A stretch of 64,000 nt of DNA from positions 224,001 through 288,000 of the forward strand of contig CAVUXE010000052.1 in assembly GCA_963745235.1 (NCBI GenBank), in the 5' to 3' direction. The notes below the pieces were generated by a model. It searched no databases. It was given only the letters and a program-made list of their open reading frames with translations, and had not been told where the DNA came from. This stretch comes from an uncultured Spirochaetota bacterium. GTDB taxonomy: Bacteria; Spirochaetota; Spirochaetia; SZUA-6; Fen-1364. Shown piece by piece: positions 50,601-59,097 of this stretch (positions are counted from its first letter, which is position 1; the number at the start of each line of letters is the position of its first letter). Both the position numbers and the translations under genes were made by a program.

Positions 50601-52555
50601 GGGCCCTCCTCTTCGAGGGTCTCCCCCAGTCGCGGGAGCAGCGCGAGCAGTATCGACGCCAGCAGGCGGACTCCCTCACCCGGATAAACCGGGTCTTTGC
50701 CCTCGTCGGCGTGGCGGCCACGGCATACCTCATGCTCTTCAGTGACGCCACGACGTACCCGCAGTACGCGCATGCCATGTTCCAGGGCAGGATGTACACG
50801 ATCGTCGCCGCGACGATCATCGGCTTGTTGTCCTTTTTTCCCTTTGCCCGTCGTATCGGCATTCCATTGTCTTTCCTTCTCTTCGTGAGCGGCACGCTGC
50901 AGACAGCCCACCTCACGGCAGTGATGAACAATATTCCCGCTGACCTGACGGCGTGGGTCTACATCAACCTCATTTTCTGCGGCATCTACCCCCTGCCCGT
51001 CACGTATTCCTTCGTCGCAACGGTCATCGGCGTGGCCTATTACATCGTCGTCTACAGATTGAGCGGCTTCGTGCCGGACGTGGCTTTCCAGCAGACCCTG
51101 GTGAATATCGTGGTGCCGAGCCTCCTGGTGCTCGCGTTCAAAATCGGGATGGAGCGGATCCGAAAGAGGGAGTTCTATTTCCGGGTCGGCCTGCAGAAGG
51201 CCAACCAGGAGATTGCGGAGCTGAATGTGAAACTCGAAGACGAGAACCTGAGGCTGTCCCACGAGCTGGAGGTTGCCCAGCACATCCAGAGCATCGTGCT
51301 GCCGCAGGAAAGCGACTACCAGGCTTTCCGCGACCTGGAGATCTCCTGCCGCATGGTGCCGGCAACCGAGGTGGGAGGGGATTTCTACGACACCATCCAT
51401 TTCGGCCCCGAGGGGTTTCTTTCCATCGGGGACGTGACGGACCACGGCCTGCACTCCGGCCTCATCATGATGATGGTCCACACCGCCCTGCGAGCCTTGA
51501 GCAGGATAGAGCGCAACGACATCCAGCGGATCTACGGCGTGATCAACCGCCTGTTGTACGATTTCCGCCTCAAGACCCTGGACCACCGCATCATGTCGCT
51601 GATCATCCTCAGGTACCTGGGGGACGGCAACTTCATGATGACGGGTCAGCATGAGACCATCCTCATCCTCCACAAGGACGGCACCGTCCGGAACATCGAA
51701 TCCCTGGAGTACGGGATGTATGCCGGGCTTGACGCCAACGTGCTCCCCTACCTCAAGCTGTTCAACTTCCATCTCGACGAAGACGACGTCCTGATCCTCT
51801 ACACAGACGGCGTGACAGAAGCGCAGAACGGGCAGGGAGATGCCTTCGGGACAGCGGGAATCATCACCGCGGCAAGCCCTGTTCGCGGGTCATCCGCGGA
51901 GGCAATCCAGACAGCCATCGTGGAAGCCTGCCAGCAGCACATCGGCCAGGCGCGGCGTTTCGACGACATTTCGGTGGTCGTGGTGAAGAAGGTTGCCGAC
52001 AAGGGGTGGGACGGGCAGCTGCGCGGCACCGTTCACGTGGGGGATGCAATCGACCTCGACAGCGGAGTCGAAAGCGCCTTCAACGTGCGCTTTCTCCCCC
52101 TGGACATGTTTGACCACTGGCAACGAGGGAGCGTCCTCTCGGATTTCACCGCGGACTACTTCCGGCATAATTTCCCGTCGGAGGAACAGGCCGGGCTCAT
52201 ATCCACGGTGGTCAACGAGCTGGTGGAGAACGCGGTCAAGTTCAGCTCCAACAACTCGCTCCCCGTCGAGCTCATCCTCAGGAAGGCAAATGACAGGATG
52301 GTGGTGGAGATCACCAACACGCTGCCGCAGAACCGCACCCAGCCCTTCATGGCCACCTGTCGGGAGCTCTTCGAGAGCAACCTCGATGAGCTGTACGTCA
52401 AACGGATGGACCAGGGACGGACGGATCGCGAGTCATCAGGGCTCGGACTGCTCCTGATCAAGAAGGACTACAGCACCAAGCTCAGCTTTCAGTTCCGATT
52501 TGACGATGATGATACCGTCCAGGTGACGGTCGCAACAGAGCTGGCCTTCAAATGA
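50531..52555 (+). CDS. Membrane sensor-SpoIIE/PP2C phosphatase fused to an anti-sigma-type (HATPase) kinase domain
   Basis: About 6 TM helices, coiled coil, EVGGDFYD / IGDVTDHG / YTDGVTEA / DDISVV; C-terminal NELVENAVKF (N box) and SSGLGL (G2 box). Confidence 0.88.
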   Translation: MDPFMDEQNPRARKAAPGLVQKVRALLFEGLPQSREQREQYRRQQADSLTRINRVFALVGVAATAYLMLFSDATTYPQYAHAMFQGRMYTIVAATIIGLLSFFPFARRIGIPLSFLLFVSGTLQTAHLTAVMNNIPADLTAWVYINLIFCGIYPLPVTYSFVATVIGVAYYIVVYRLSGFVPDVAFQQTLVNIVVPSLLVLAFKIGMERIRKREFYFRVGLQKANQEIAELNVKLEDENLRLSHELEVAQHIQSIVLPQESDYQAFRDLEISCRMVPATEVGGDFYDTIHFGPEGFLSIGDVTDHGLHSGLIMMMVHTALRALSRIERNDIQRIYGVINRLLYDFRLKTLDHRIMSLIILRYLGDGNFMMTGQHETILILHKDGTVRNIESLEYGMYAGLDANVLPYLKLFNFHLDEDDVLILYTDGVTEAQNGQGDAFGTAGIITAASPVRGSSAEAIQTAIVEACQQHIGQARRFDDISVVVVKKVADKGWDGQLRGTVHVGDAIDLDSGVESAFNVRFLPLDMFDHWQRGSVLSDFTADYFRHNFPSEEQAGLISTVVNELVENAVKFSSNNSLPVELILRKANDRMVVEITNTLPQNRTQPFMATCRELFESNLDELYVKRMDQGRTDRESSGLGLLLIKKDYSTKLSFQFRFDDDDTVQVTVATELAFK

Positions 52556-52917
52556 CGGCGGGGTACGGGCAGATGGACGACAATACCAGGGAACCCTATT
52601 CGGTCAGGGTGACGCGTGACTTCTCTCGGATCGCTTTCACCGGGACGCTCCGGCTGCAAGGCAGGCCGGACTACGAGAAGATCCATCGCATGCTTCGCTA
52701 TGCGGCTCAGAGATCCGGGGAGAGCCTTGAGATCGACCTGCGTCAACTGCTTTTCCTGAACAGCTCTGGAATATCCACCTTCAGCCTTTTCATCATCGAG
52801 ATGCGGGAGATCGGAAAGAAGATTACCATCACGGGGAGCAAGGCAATCGCCTGGCAGAGCAAGTCCCTTGCAAACTTCCGGCGCCTGTACGACAAGGTCG
52901 TGGTCAACCTAGTGTAG
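52552..52917 (+). CDS. STAS-like partner-switching protein (resembles the cyanobacterial Slr1659 family)
   Basis: GTLRL, IDLRQLLFLNSSGI phosphoacceptor motif, WQSKSLANF; ATGA-coupled to the upstream gene. Confidence 0.85.
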   Translation: MTAGYGQMDDNTREPYSVRVTRDFSRIAFTGTLRLQGRPDYEKIHRMLRYAAQRSGESLEIDLRQLLFLNSSGISTFSLFIIEMREIGKKITITGSKAIAWQSKSLANFRRLYDKVVVNLV

Positions 52918-53910
52918 ACGACCGGGAGCGCCCCCCTCCGCCTCAATGAACCGCACGGCCTTCCTCAGATCTTCCAGGATGGACGACCTCTCAGCGGGAG
53001 TGGCCGAATCCGGCTCGTAGTAGAGCTGGCGCAGGAAGAACCCGTTCCCGAACTCGACGAACCTCGATTCCCCGGCGCCCGTTTCAGTCTTGATTCCAAC
53101 GATCTTGAAGACCTTGAGGGGATAGTGGATTCCGCGGACCTCGATCAGGCGCGGTCCCTCGACTTCCACGATGTCCTTGACCAGGGCGTAGGTGTACTCG
53201 CTGATGAATATCGAGTTGCGGTCGGCGATTTTTTCCAGGCGCGCCGCGATGTTCACCTGGCCCCCGATGATGGTGTAGTCCATCCTGGCTTCGGAGCCGA
53301 AGTTGCCGACTGTGCAGTAGCCGGTGTTGATCCCCATGCGCACGGCAAGGCCCTGGGAGGCCCCCACGGCAAGCCACTTGCTGCTCAGCAGCTTCACCTT
53401 CTCCAGCATCTCCACGGCCATGCGCACGCAGCGCTTGGCGTGCGTCTCGTCATCGATGAACTGGGGGTCACCGAAGAAAACGACAATGGCGTCCCCGATG
53501 AACTTGTCCACCGTTCCCCCGTAGATGCCCGCGATGGTGGACATCTCGGTGAGGTACTCGTTGAGAAGGGCGGACAGCGTCTCGGGCTCCAGGGTATCGG
53601 TCACCTCGGTGAAGCCCACGATGTCTGAAAAGAACATGGTGAGCTTCTGGCGCTTGTAGGAGAGCTCGGAGGTGAGCTTTCCCGTCTCGATGGAGTCGTA
53701 GACCTGGGAGGGCAGGTAGATCTTCATGAGGGCGAGCAGGCTGTTGATGCGCTGGTTTTTCTCCTCCAGCTCGTTCTCGATCATCGTTCCGTGCTCGATC
53801 GTGTTCTCGTACATGATCTGGAGATCACGCTGCCAGTTCTTGAGCTTTTCGATCTCCCGCCTCAGGTCCGCGATGTCGACGAAGCTCTCCTCCGGGGGAT
53901 TCTCTGTCAT
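52909..53910 (-). CDS. Class III adenylate cyclase with N-terminal coiled coil
   Basis: FSDIVGFT, DKFIGDA, GINTG, DYTIIGGQVNIAARLE; Lys/Thr specificity pair indicates ATP. Confidence 0.93.
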   Translation of the reverse strand: MTENPPEESFVDIADLRREIEKLKNWQRDLQIMYENTIEHGTMIENELEEKNQRINSLLALMKIYLPSQVYDSIETGKLTSELSYKRQKLTMFFSDIVGFTEVTDTLEPETLSALLNEYLTEMSTIAGIYGGTVDKFIGDAIVVFFGDPQFIDDETHAKRCVRMAVEMLEKVKLLSSKWLAVGASQGLAVRMGINTGYCTVGNFGSEARMDYTIIGGQVNIAARLEKIADRNSIFISEYTYALVKDIVEVEGPRLIEVRGIHYPLKVFKIVGIKTETGAGESRFVEFGNGFFLRQLYYEPDSATPAERSSILEDLRKAVRFIEAEGGAPGRLH

Positions 53911-53954
53911 GAGATCAATGTAACGGCAGAGGGAACGCGATGGAAGGTCCCGCT

Positions 53955-54341
53955 TCAGGCTTCCCCGCGGGAGCGCCGCGCGTCGATGTCATCCGGATAC
54001 GAGAGGGCTTCCCCTCCCCGCTCCCCCGTGCGGATGCGAAGGACATCTTCCACGGGGTAGATGAAGATGATTCCGTCCCCTTCCTTGCCCGTGCGGGCGG
54101 CCTTCATGATGGCGGCGACCGTGGTTTCGACGTTGCGCTCGCTGAGGATGATGTTCAGCTGGATCTTCGGGAGCATGTCTTTGTGCAGATAGGTATACCG
54201 CCAGGAGTGCTCCTGGCTGCCGAGCCTTCCGTGGCCGCGGATCTCGAAAACGTTCATTCCCACGATCCCGATGCCGGCCAGCGCCTCGCGAACGCCGTCA
54301 AGGGCCTCCTCCCTGATGATTGCCTCGATCTTTCGAAACAC
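53955..54341 (-). CDS. PII-family signalling protein with a divergent T-loop
   Basis: KIEAIIR, RGHGR, DMLPKI, ARTGKEGDGIIFIYPV, RIRTGERG. Confidence 0.92.
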   Translation of the reverse strand: MFRKIEAIIREEALDGVREALAGIGIVGMNVFEIRGHGRLGSQEHSWRYTYLHKDMLPKIQLNIILSERNVETTVAAIMKAARTGKEGDGIIFIYPVEDVLRIRTGERGGEALSYPDDIDARRSRGEA

Positions 54342-54518
54342 GCTTCTGTTCTCCTTTCACACAGAACGTGCACGAATACGGCCTCCTCTGCAACGGTCGG
54401 CCGGCGGCTCCGCGGGGAGGTCGGTATTCGCGCCATCTTGTCCTGTTCCATCTCTACCACGCGGAGCAGCGCGTGATGAATTTGATGGTGATCCAATTGT
54501 TTCCGAGGAGGATTGCCT

Positions 54519-55871
54519 ATGACCAAACGCGCTCTCTCGGTCGTGGCATGCGCCGCGGCCATCATGCTGCTGGGAGTGCTCCCCGCCGGCGCTGGCGGGC
54601 AGCCGGAAGCTTCCACGGGGCCGGTGACGCTGCAGTACGCGTTCTGGGGGGACCAGAACGAGATCAATGCCACCAACGCATACCTGAACGGGTACATGCA
54701 AAAGCACCCGAATGTGAAGATAGAGGCTCTCAACTTCGGCTCGAACACCGATTTCAATACCAAGATCACCACCCTTGCCGCAAGCAACACGCTTCCCGAC
54801 CTCGGGTACTTCTACGAGCCCAACGTGCTCACCTGGGGAATGAGCGGCAAGTTCGTTGACCTCACCGACTTCTACAAGAGCCAGCCGGCCAAGCTGGATG
54901 CCATCAAGTTCGTCACCCCGGACGGAAAGATCGTCGGGGTCAGCGTCGCGAACGAGGTCCAGGTGATCTGGTACAGCAGGAAGATGTTTGATGACGCCGG
55001 GCTCCCCTACCCGCCGGCGGAGGCGAGCAAGGCATGGAGCTGGGACAAGTTCGTGCAGGTGGCGAAGCAGCTGACCAAGGACGCGAACGGAAAGACACCC
55101 AACGATGCGGGCTTCGATCCGCAGAACATTCATCAGTTCGGGACATGGGTCCAGAACTGGTGGATGCCGTGGCTCACCTTCGCAATCAGCAACGGCGGAG
55201 GCCTCGTCAACGCTGACGGGACGAAACTGATCATGGACAGCCCCGGCACCATCGAGGCAATCCAGAAGATGGCTGATCTGGCGACGGTGGATCACGTGAG
55301 CCCCGCGCCCGGCACGCAGCAGATGCCCACCGCCGCGGCAACGGCGCTGCTCAGCCAGCAGGTGGCGATGGTGGTGGACGGGACCTGGGACCTTCTCACG
55401 CTGGGGATCACGAAGCAGCAGCAGGGCCTGGACTTCGGCGTCGGGGTGCTTCCCTCCATGAAGAACCTCGCCACCTCGTCCGTCGGGACGCCCATTGTGG
55501 TGTACAAGTCCTCCGCGCACATCCCCCAGGCGCTGGAGCTGCTGAAGTTCGTCATGAACCCGGAGAACTCGCTTCCCCTTGAGAAGAGCGGACTGTGGCT
55601 TCCGAACGAGAAACAGTGGTACACGGACCCGAAGCTCATTGCGGAGTGGACGGACAACCCTGTGCATCCGCCCGAGTACAGGACGGCGGTGGTGGATTTC
55701 GCCCTGAACTACTCGCACCGGCTGCCGCAGTACTATGTGCCGACCTTCTCGAAGATGGACGACGTCATTGAAGCAGCGCTTCAGCAGGTCTGGCTGGGCC
55801 AGAAGACGGCCGCGGACGTGATCAACAACGAGATCATGCCGAAGATCACGCCGATCTTCCAGGGAAAGTGA
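54519..55871 (+). CDS. Carbohydrate ABC transporter substrate-binding protein
   Basis: Signal peptide ending AGGQ; SBP family 1 motifs (LPDL, WYSRKMFDDAGL, WSWDKF, AMVVDGTW). Confidence 0.92.
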   Translation: MTKRALSVVACAAAIMLLGVLPAGAGGQPEASTGPVTLQYAFWGDQNEINATNAYLNGYMQKHPNVKIEALNFGSNTDFNTKITTLAASNTLPDLGYFYEPNVLTWGMSGKFVDLTDFYKSQPAKLDAIKFVTPDGKIVGVSVANEVQVIWYSRKMFDDAGLPYPPAEASKAWSWDKFVQVAKQLTKDANGKTPNDAGFDPQNIHQFGTWVQNWWMPWLTFAISNGGGLVNADGTKLIMDSPGTIEAIQKMADLATVDHVSPAPGTQQMPTAAATALLSQQVAMVVDGTWDLLTLGITKQQQGLDFGVGVLPSMKNLATSSVGTPIVVYKSSAHIPQALELLKFVMNPENSLPLEKSGLWLPNEKQWYTDPKLIAEWTDNPVHPPEYRTAVVDFALNYSHRLPQYYVPTFSKMDDVIEAALQQVWLGQKTAADVINNEIMPKITPIFQGK

Positions 55872-56782
55872 TTTCAGCGCGCAGGACCGCGCGTCGATGG
55901 ACAGCCCGTGAGGCAATCACGGGCTATCTCTTTGCCTCCCCCGTCATCCTGGGGCTCCTGATCTGGGTGATCGGGCCCATGATCGGGATCGTCTTCATCA
56001 GTCTCACGGACTGGAACGTCCTCAGCGTCCCCCGCCTGATCGGCCTCCGCAACTACATCCGCCTCTTCACCACGGACCTCTTCTTCCGCGGCTCCCTCGC
56101 GGTCACCTCGTATTTCGTGGTCGTGAACGTTGCGCTGACCATCCTCTACTCCCTCATCCTCGCCCTGCTGCTCAACCAGAAGATCCGGGGGCGCGGGATC
56201 TACCGAAGCATCTTCTATCTCCCGTCCATCCTCCCGGTCGTTGCGAGCAGCATCCTCTGGCTGTGGCTGTACAACCCGGACTTCGGGCTCTTCAACGATG
56301 TGCTGCGGGCCGTCGGGATCCGCAAATCCCTGTGGCTCGTCGGGCAGACGACCGTGGTCCCCTCCCTCGTCCTCATGTCCGTCTGGGGCGGCGCGGGCAA
56401 CACCATCGTCATCTTCCTGGCCGCGCTCCAGGGCGTCCCGCGGCAGCTCCTGGAGGCGGTTGAAATGGATGGAGGGAACTGGTTTCACAAGTTCTGGGCC
56501 ATCACGTGGCCCATGATCTCACCGGTCACGTTCTTCAACCTCGTGGTTGGTCTCATCAATTCTTTCCAGGTCTTCACGCAGATCTATATCATGACCAACG
56601 GCGGCCCGAACAACGCGAGCCTCTTCTATGTCTACCTGATGTACCGGGACGGTTTCCAGCGAAACGACATGGGAACGGCGGCGGCGTTGTCCCTGGCGCT
56701 CTTCCTGATCGTTTCCCTCCTCGGTTTGCTCCTCTTCCGCTGGTCGCGGCGCTGGGTGTACTACGGCGGGGAAGGCGCATGA
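55868..56782 (+). CDS. Carbohydrate ABC transporter permease (MalF-like)
   Basis: IGLRNY, RSIFYLP, EAA-like EAVEMDGG, TNGGP. Confidence 0.95.
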   Translation: MISARRTARRWTAREAITGYLFASPVILGLLIWVIGPMIGIVFISLTDWNVLSVPRLIGLRNYIRLFTTDLFFRGSLAVTSYFVVVNVALTILYSLILALLLNQKIRGRGIYRSIFYLPSILPVVASSILWLWLYNPDFGLFNDVLRAVGIRKSLWLVGQTTVVPSLVLMSVWGGAGNTIVIFLAALQGVPRQLLEAVEMDGGNWFHKFWAITWPMISPVTFFNLVVGLINSFQVFTQIYIMTNGGPNNASLFYVYLMYRDGFQRNDMGTAAALSLALFLIVSLLGLLLFRWSRRWVYYGGEGA

Positions 56783-57612
56783 GATCGGAACGGAGGCTGT
56801 GGCGCGTGCTGCTGTACTTCATCCTCACCCTCGGCGCCGCGCTTTGCCTTGTCCCGATCTTCTGGCTGGTGCGCAGCTCACTGATGACCCTCGTGGAGAT
56901 ATTCAAGTTCCCGCCCCTCGCGTGGCCCGCCATGATGCGCTGGGACAACTACGCAGGGGCAATGACCACCTTTCCCTTTCTCCTGTATTTCAGGAATACG
57001 CTGATCGTCGTGGTGCCCACGGTGCTCGCGTCCCTGGTGACCTCCAGCCTGTCGGCCTACGGACTGGCGAGGTTCCGTTTTCCGCTGCGAGGGTTCTGGT
57101 TCTCGCTCGTTGTGGGCGCCATCATCGTGCCGCCCGCCGTGGTCCTCATTCCGCAGTTCATCCTCTGGACTCGTCTTCACCTGGTCAACACCTTCTTTCC
57201 CCTGATCGTCCCTTACTGGTTCGGCGGCGGCGCGTTCAACGTGTTCCTCCTGCGCCAGTTCTTCATGACCGTGCCGAGAGACTTCGATGACGCGGCGAGG
57301 ATGGACGGCGCAACGTACTTCCGTGTTTTCCGCCAGATTCTGCTCCCGTTCATCCAGCCCGCCCTCATCGCCGTCGGCCTGTTTCAGTTCTTCTTCCAGT
57401 GGAACGATTTCTTCGGCCCCCTGATCTACCTCAACGACCCGCATACCTACACCCTGGCCGTCGGGCTGACGCACTTCATTGGCACATTCGCCACGCAATG
57501 GAACTACCTGATGGCGGCAACCGTCATCATCGTCGTCCCTCCCGTCATCGTATTCTTCGTCGGCCAGCGGTACTTCGTCGAGGGCATCACGCTGACAGGC
57601 ATCAAGATGTGA
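56779..57612 (+). CDS. Carbohydrate ABC transporter permease (MalG-like)
   Basis: FLLRQFF, DDAARMDGA, WNDFFGPL, QRYFVEGITLTGIK. Confidence 0.95.
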   Translation: MRSERRLWRVLLYFILTLGAALCLVPIFWLVRSSLMTLVEIFKFPPLAWPAMMRWDNYAGAMTTFPFLLYFRNTLIVVVPTVLASLVTSSLSAYGLARFRFPLRGFWFSLVVGAIIVPPAVVLIPQFILWTRLHLVNTFFPLIVPYWFGGGAFNVFLLRQFFMTVPRDFDDAARMDGATYFRVFRQILLPFIQPALIAVGLFQFFFQWNDFFGPLIYLNDPHTYTLAVGLTHFIGTFATQWNYLMAATVIIVVPPVIVFFVGQRYFVEGITLTGIKM

Positions 57613-57674
57613 GGAAGCGGAGCACTTGCCGCGACACCCTCCAACGCGTACGTTGAAAAGGCGAGGAGGGCGCG

Positions 57675-58169
57675 ATGAAAGCAGGGGCGCTTTTCATCAT
57701 TCTGGTGCTCGGGCTTGTCGCCGCCGGGAGGGCGGCCGCGGAGGATACGACAAAGGGGGATCCGAGGGTCGCGCGGCAGCTGGACCGATTGGGCCTGAAG
57801 TACAAGCTCACCGACAGCGGCAACTACTCTCTCACGTACGATCTGAAAGGCGGGCGCAGTCAGACCGTCTATATCATGGGCACGACGGAAAAATACAATG
57901 ATACGGAAATCCGCGAGCTGTGGTCCCGCGCGGGCACGTATGACACGCTGCCCCCCGCGGACGTGATGCAGACGCTCCTGGAGGAAAGCGGGACGGAGAA
58001 GATCGGCTTCTGGAGCATCGAGAAAAGCGACGGGGGCGGGTACATCGTGTATTTCTCCGTGAAAGTCCCTGTCTATGTGCGGGATTCGGACCTCTCCTCG
58101 CTTCTCGAGCTCACGGCGGACGTGGCGGACCAGAAAGAGCAGGAGCTGTTCAACTCGGACGACGAGTGA
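57675..58169 (+). CDS. Exported hypothetical protein, YbjN/T3SS-chaperone-like fold
   Basis: Signal peptide; GRSQTVYI, IRELWS and ADVADQKEQEL pattern. Confidence 0.55.
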   Translation: MKAGALFIILVLGLVAAGRAAAEDTTKGDPRVARQLDRLGLKYKLTDSGNYSLTYDLKGGRSQTVYIMGTTEKYNDTEIRELWSRAGTYDTLPPADVMQTLLEESGTEKIGFWSIEKSDGGGYIVYFSVKVPVYVRDSDLSSLLELTADVADQKEQELFNSDDE

Positions 58170-58320
58170 ACGGGTTGATCTGCCCGGCCAGAGCGGCGCG
58201 GCTCTTGCGCGGGTGAACGCAGCGGGCTCGCCGCTCATGGCAGGGCCAATCGCGCTGCTCGTCCGGCTGCCGCGCGCGGACGCGATAACTGCCCACGGCG
58301 CTGTCCTTCCTCAGTATCTT

Positions 58321-59029
58321 GTGTCTGTGACCCTTCGAATCGGCACCAGCGGCTACAGCTACAAGGAATGGAAGGGCGTATTCTACCCGGAGGACCTCAA
58401 GGCATCGGAAATGCTGTCCTACTACGCCGAGCGGCTGGGCACCGTGGAGATCAACAATACCTTCTACCGACTCCCGACGCGAAAGCTGCTGGAAGGCTGG
58501 GCCTCCCAGGTGCCGGACGGCTTCCGCTTTGTCCTGAAAGTGTCCCAGAAAATCACCCATTTCAAGCGGCTCAAGGGAGCGGAGGAAGAGACCGGTTACC
58601 TTGTGGACAGCGCGCGCGTGCTGGGGCCAAAGCTCGGAGCCTTCCTTGTCCAGATCCCGCCGAACTTCGCGCGCGACGATGATCGGCTGGCGAAGTTCCT
58701 CGCCTTGCTGCCCGGCGGAAATGCGCGCGGCCCTCGAAGTCCGCAATCCTTCCTGGATGGACCCCCAGGTCTTCGCGATACTGGAAAAGCACGGCGTTGC
58801 CCTTGTTGCGAGCCAGACGGACGAAGAGCCCGAGCCGGCCATCGTGAGGACCGCCCCCTGGGGCTACCTTCGACTTCGAAAGACGTCGTATCAGCCCGGC
58901 GAGCTCACGGACTGGTCGCGGCGGATAGCAGACATGGGATGGGACGACGCCTTCGTGTTCTTCAAGCACGAACAGATAGCACCCGATCTGGCTGAAAAGC
59001 TGACCGCAGCCGCGCAGAAAAACGCATAG
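58321..59029 (+). CDS. DUF72/YecE-family protein (one frameshift near 58725)
   Basis: IGTSGYSYKEW, VEINNTFYRLP, ITHFKRL, QIPPNF; next frame EVRNPSW, YLRLR, FFKHE. Confidence 0.88.
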
Positions 59030-59097
59030 GCGCAGGCCGCCCTGACCAGGCATCCCCGCGGGAACCGCTTGCCGAAGAGGCGTGTTCAAGAGTAATC

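Noticed and set aside
58170-58320. Structured ncRNA in the spacer before DUF72
   Set aside because: There are several short GC stems, but these are expected at this GC content; no second copy or known motif was seen.
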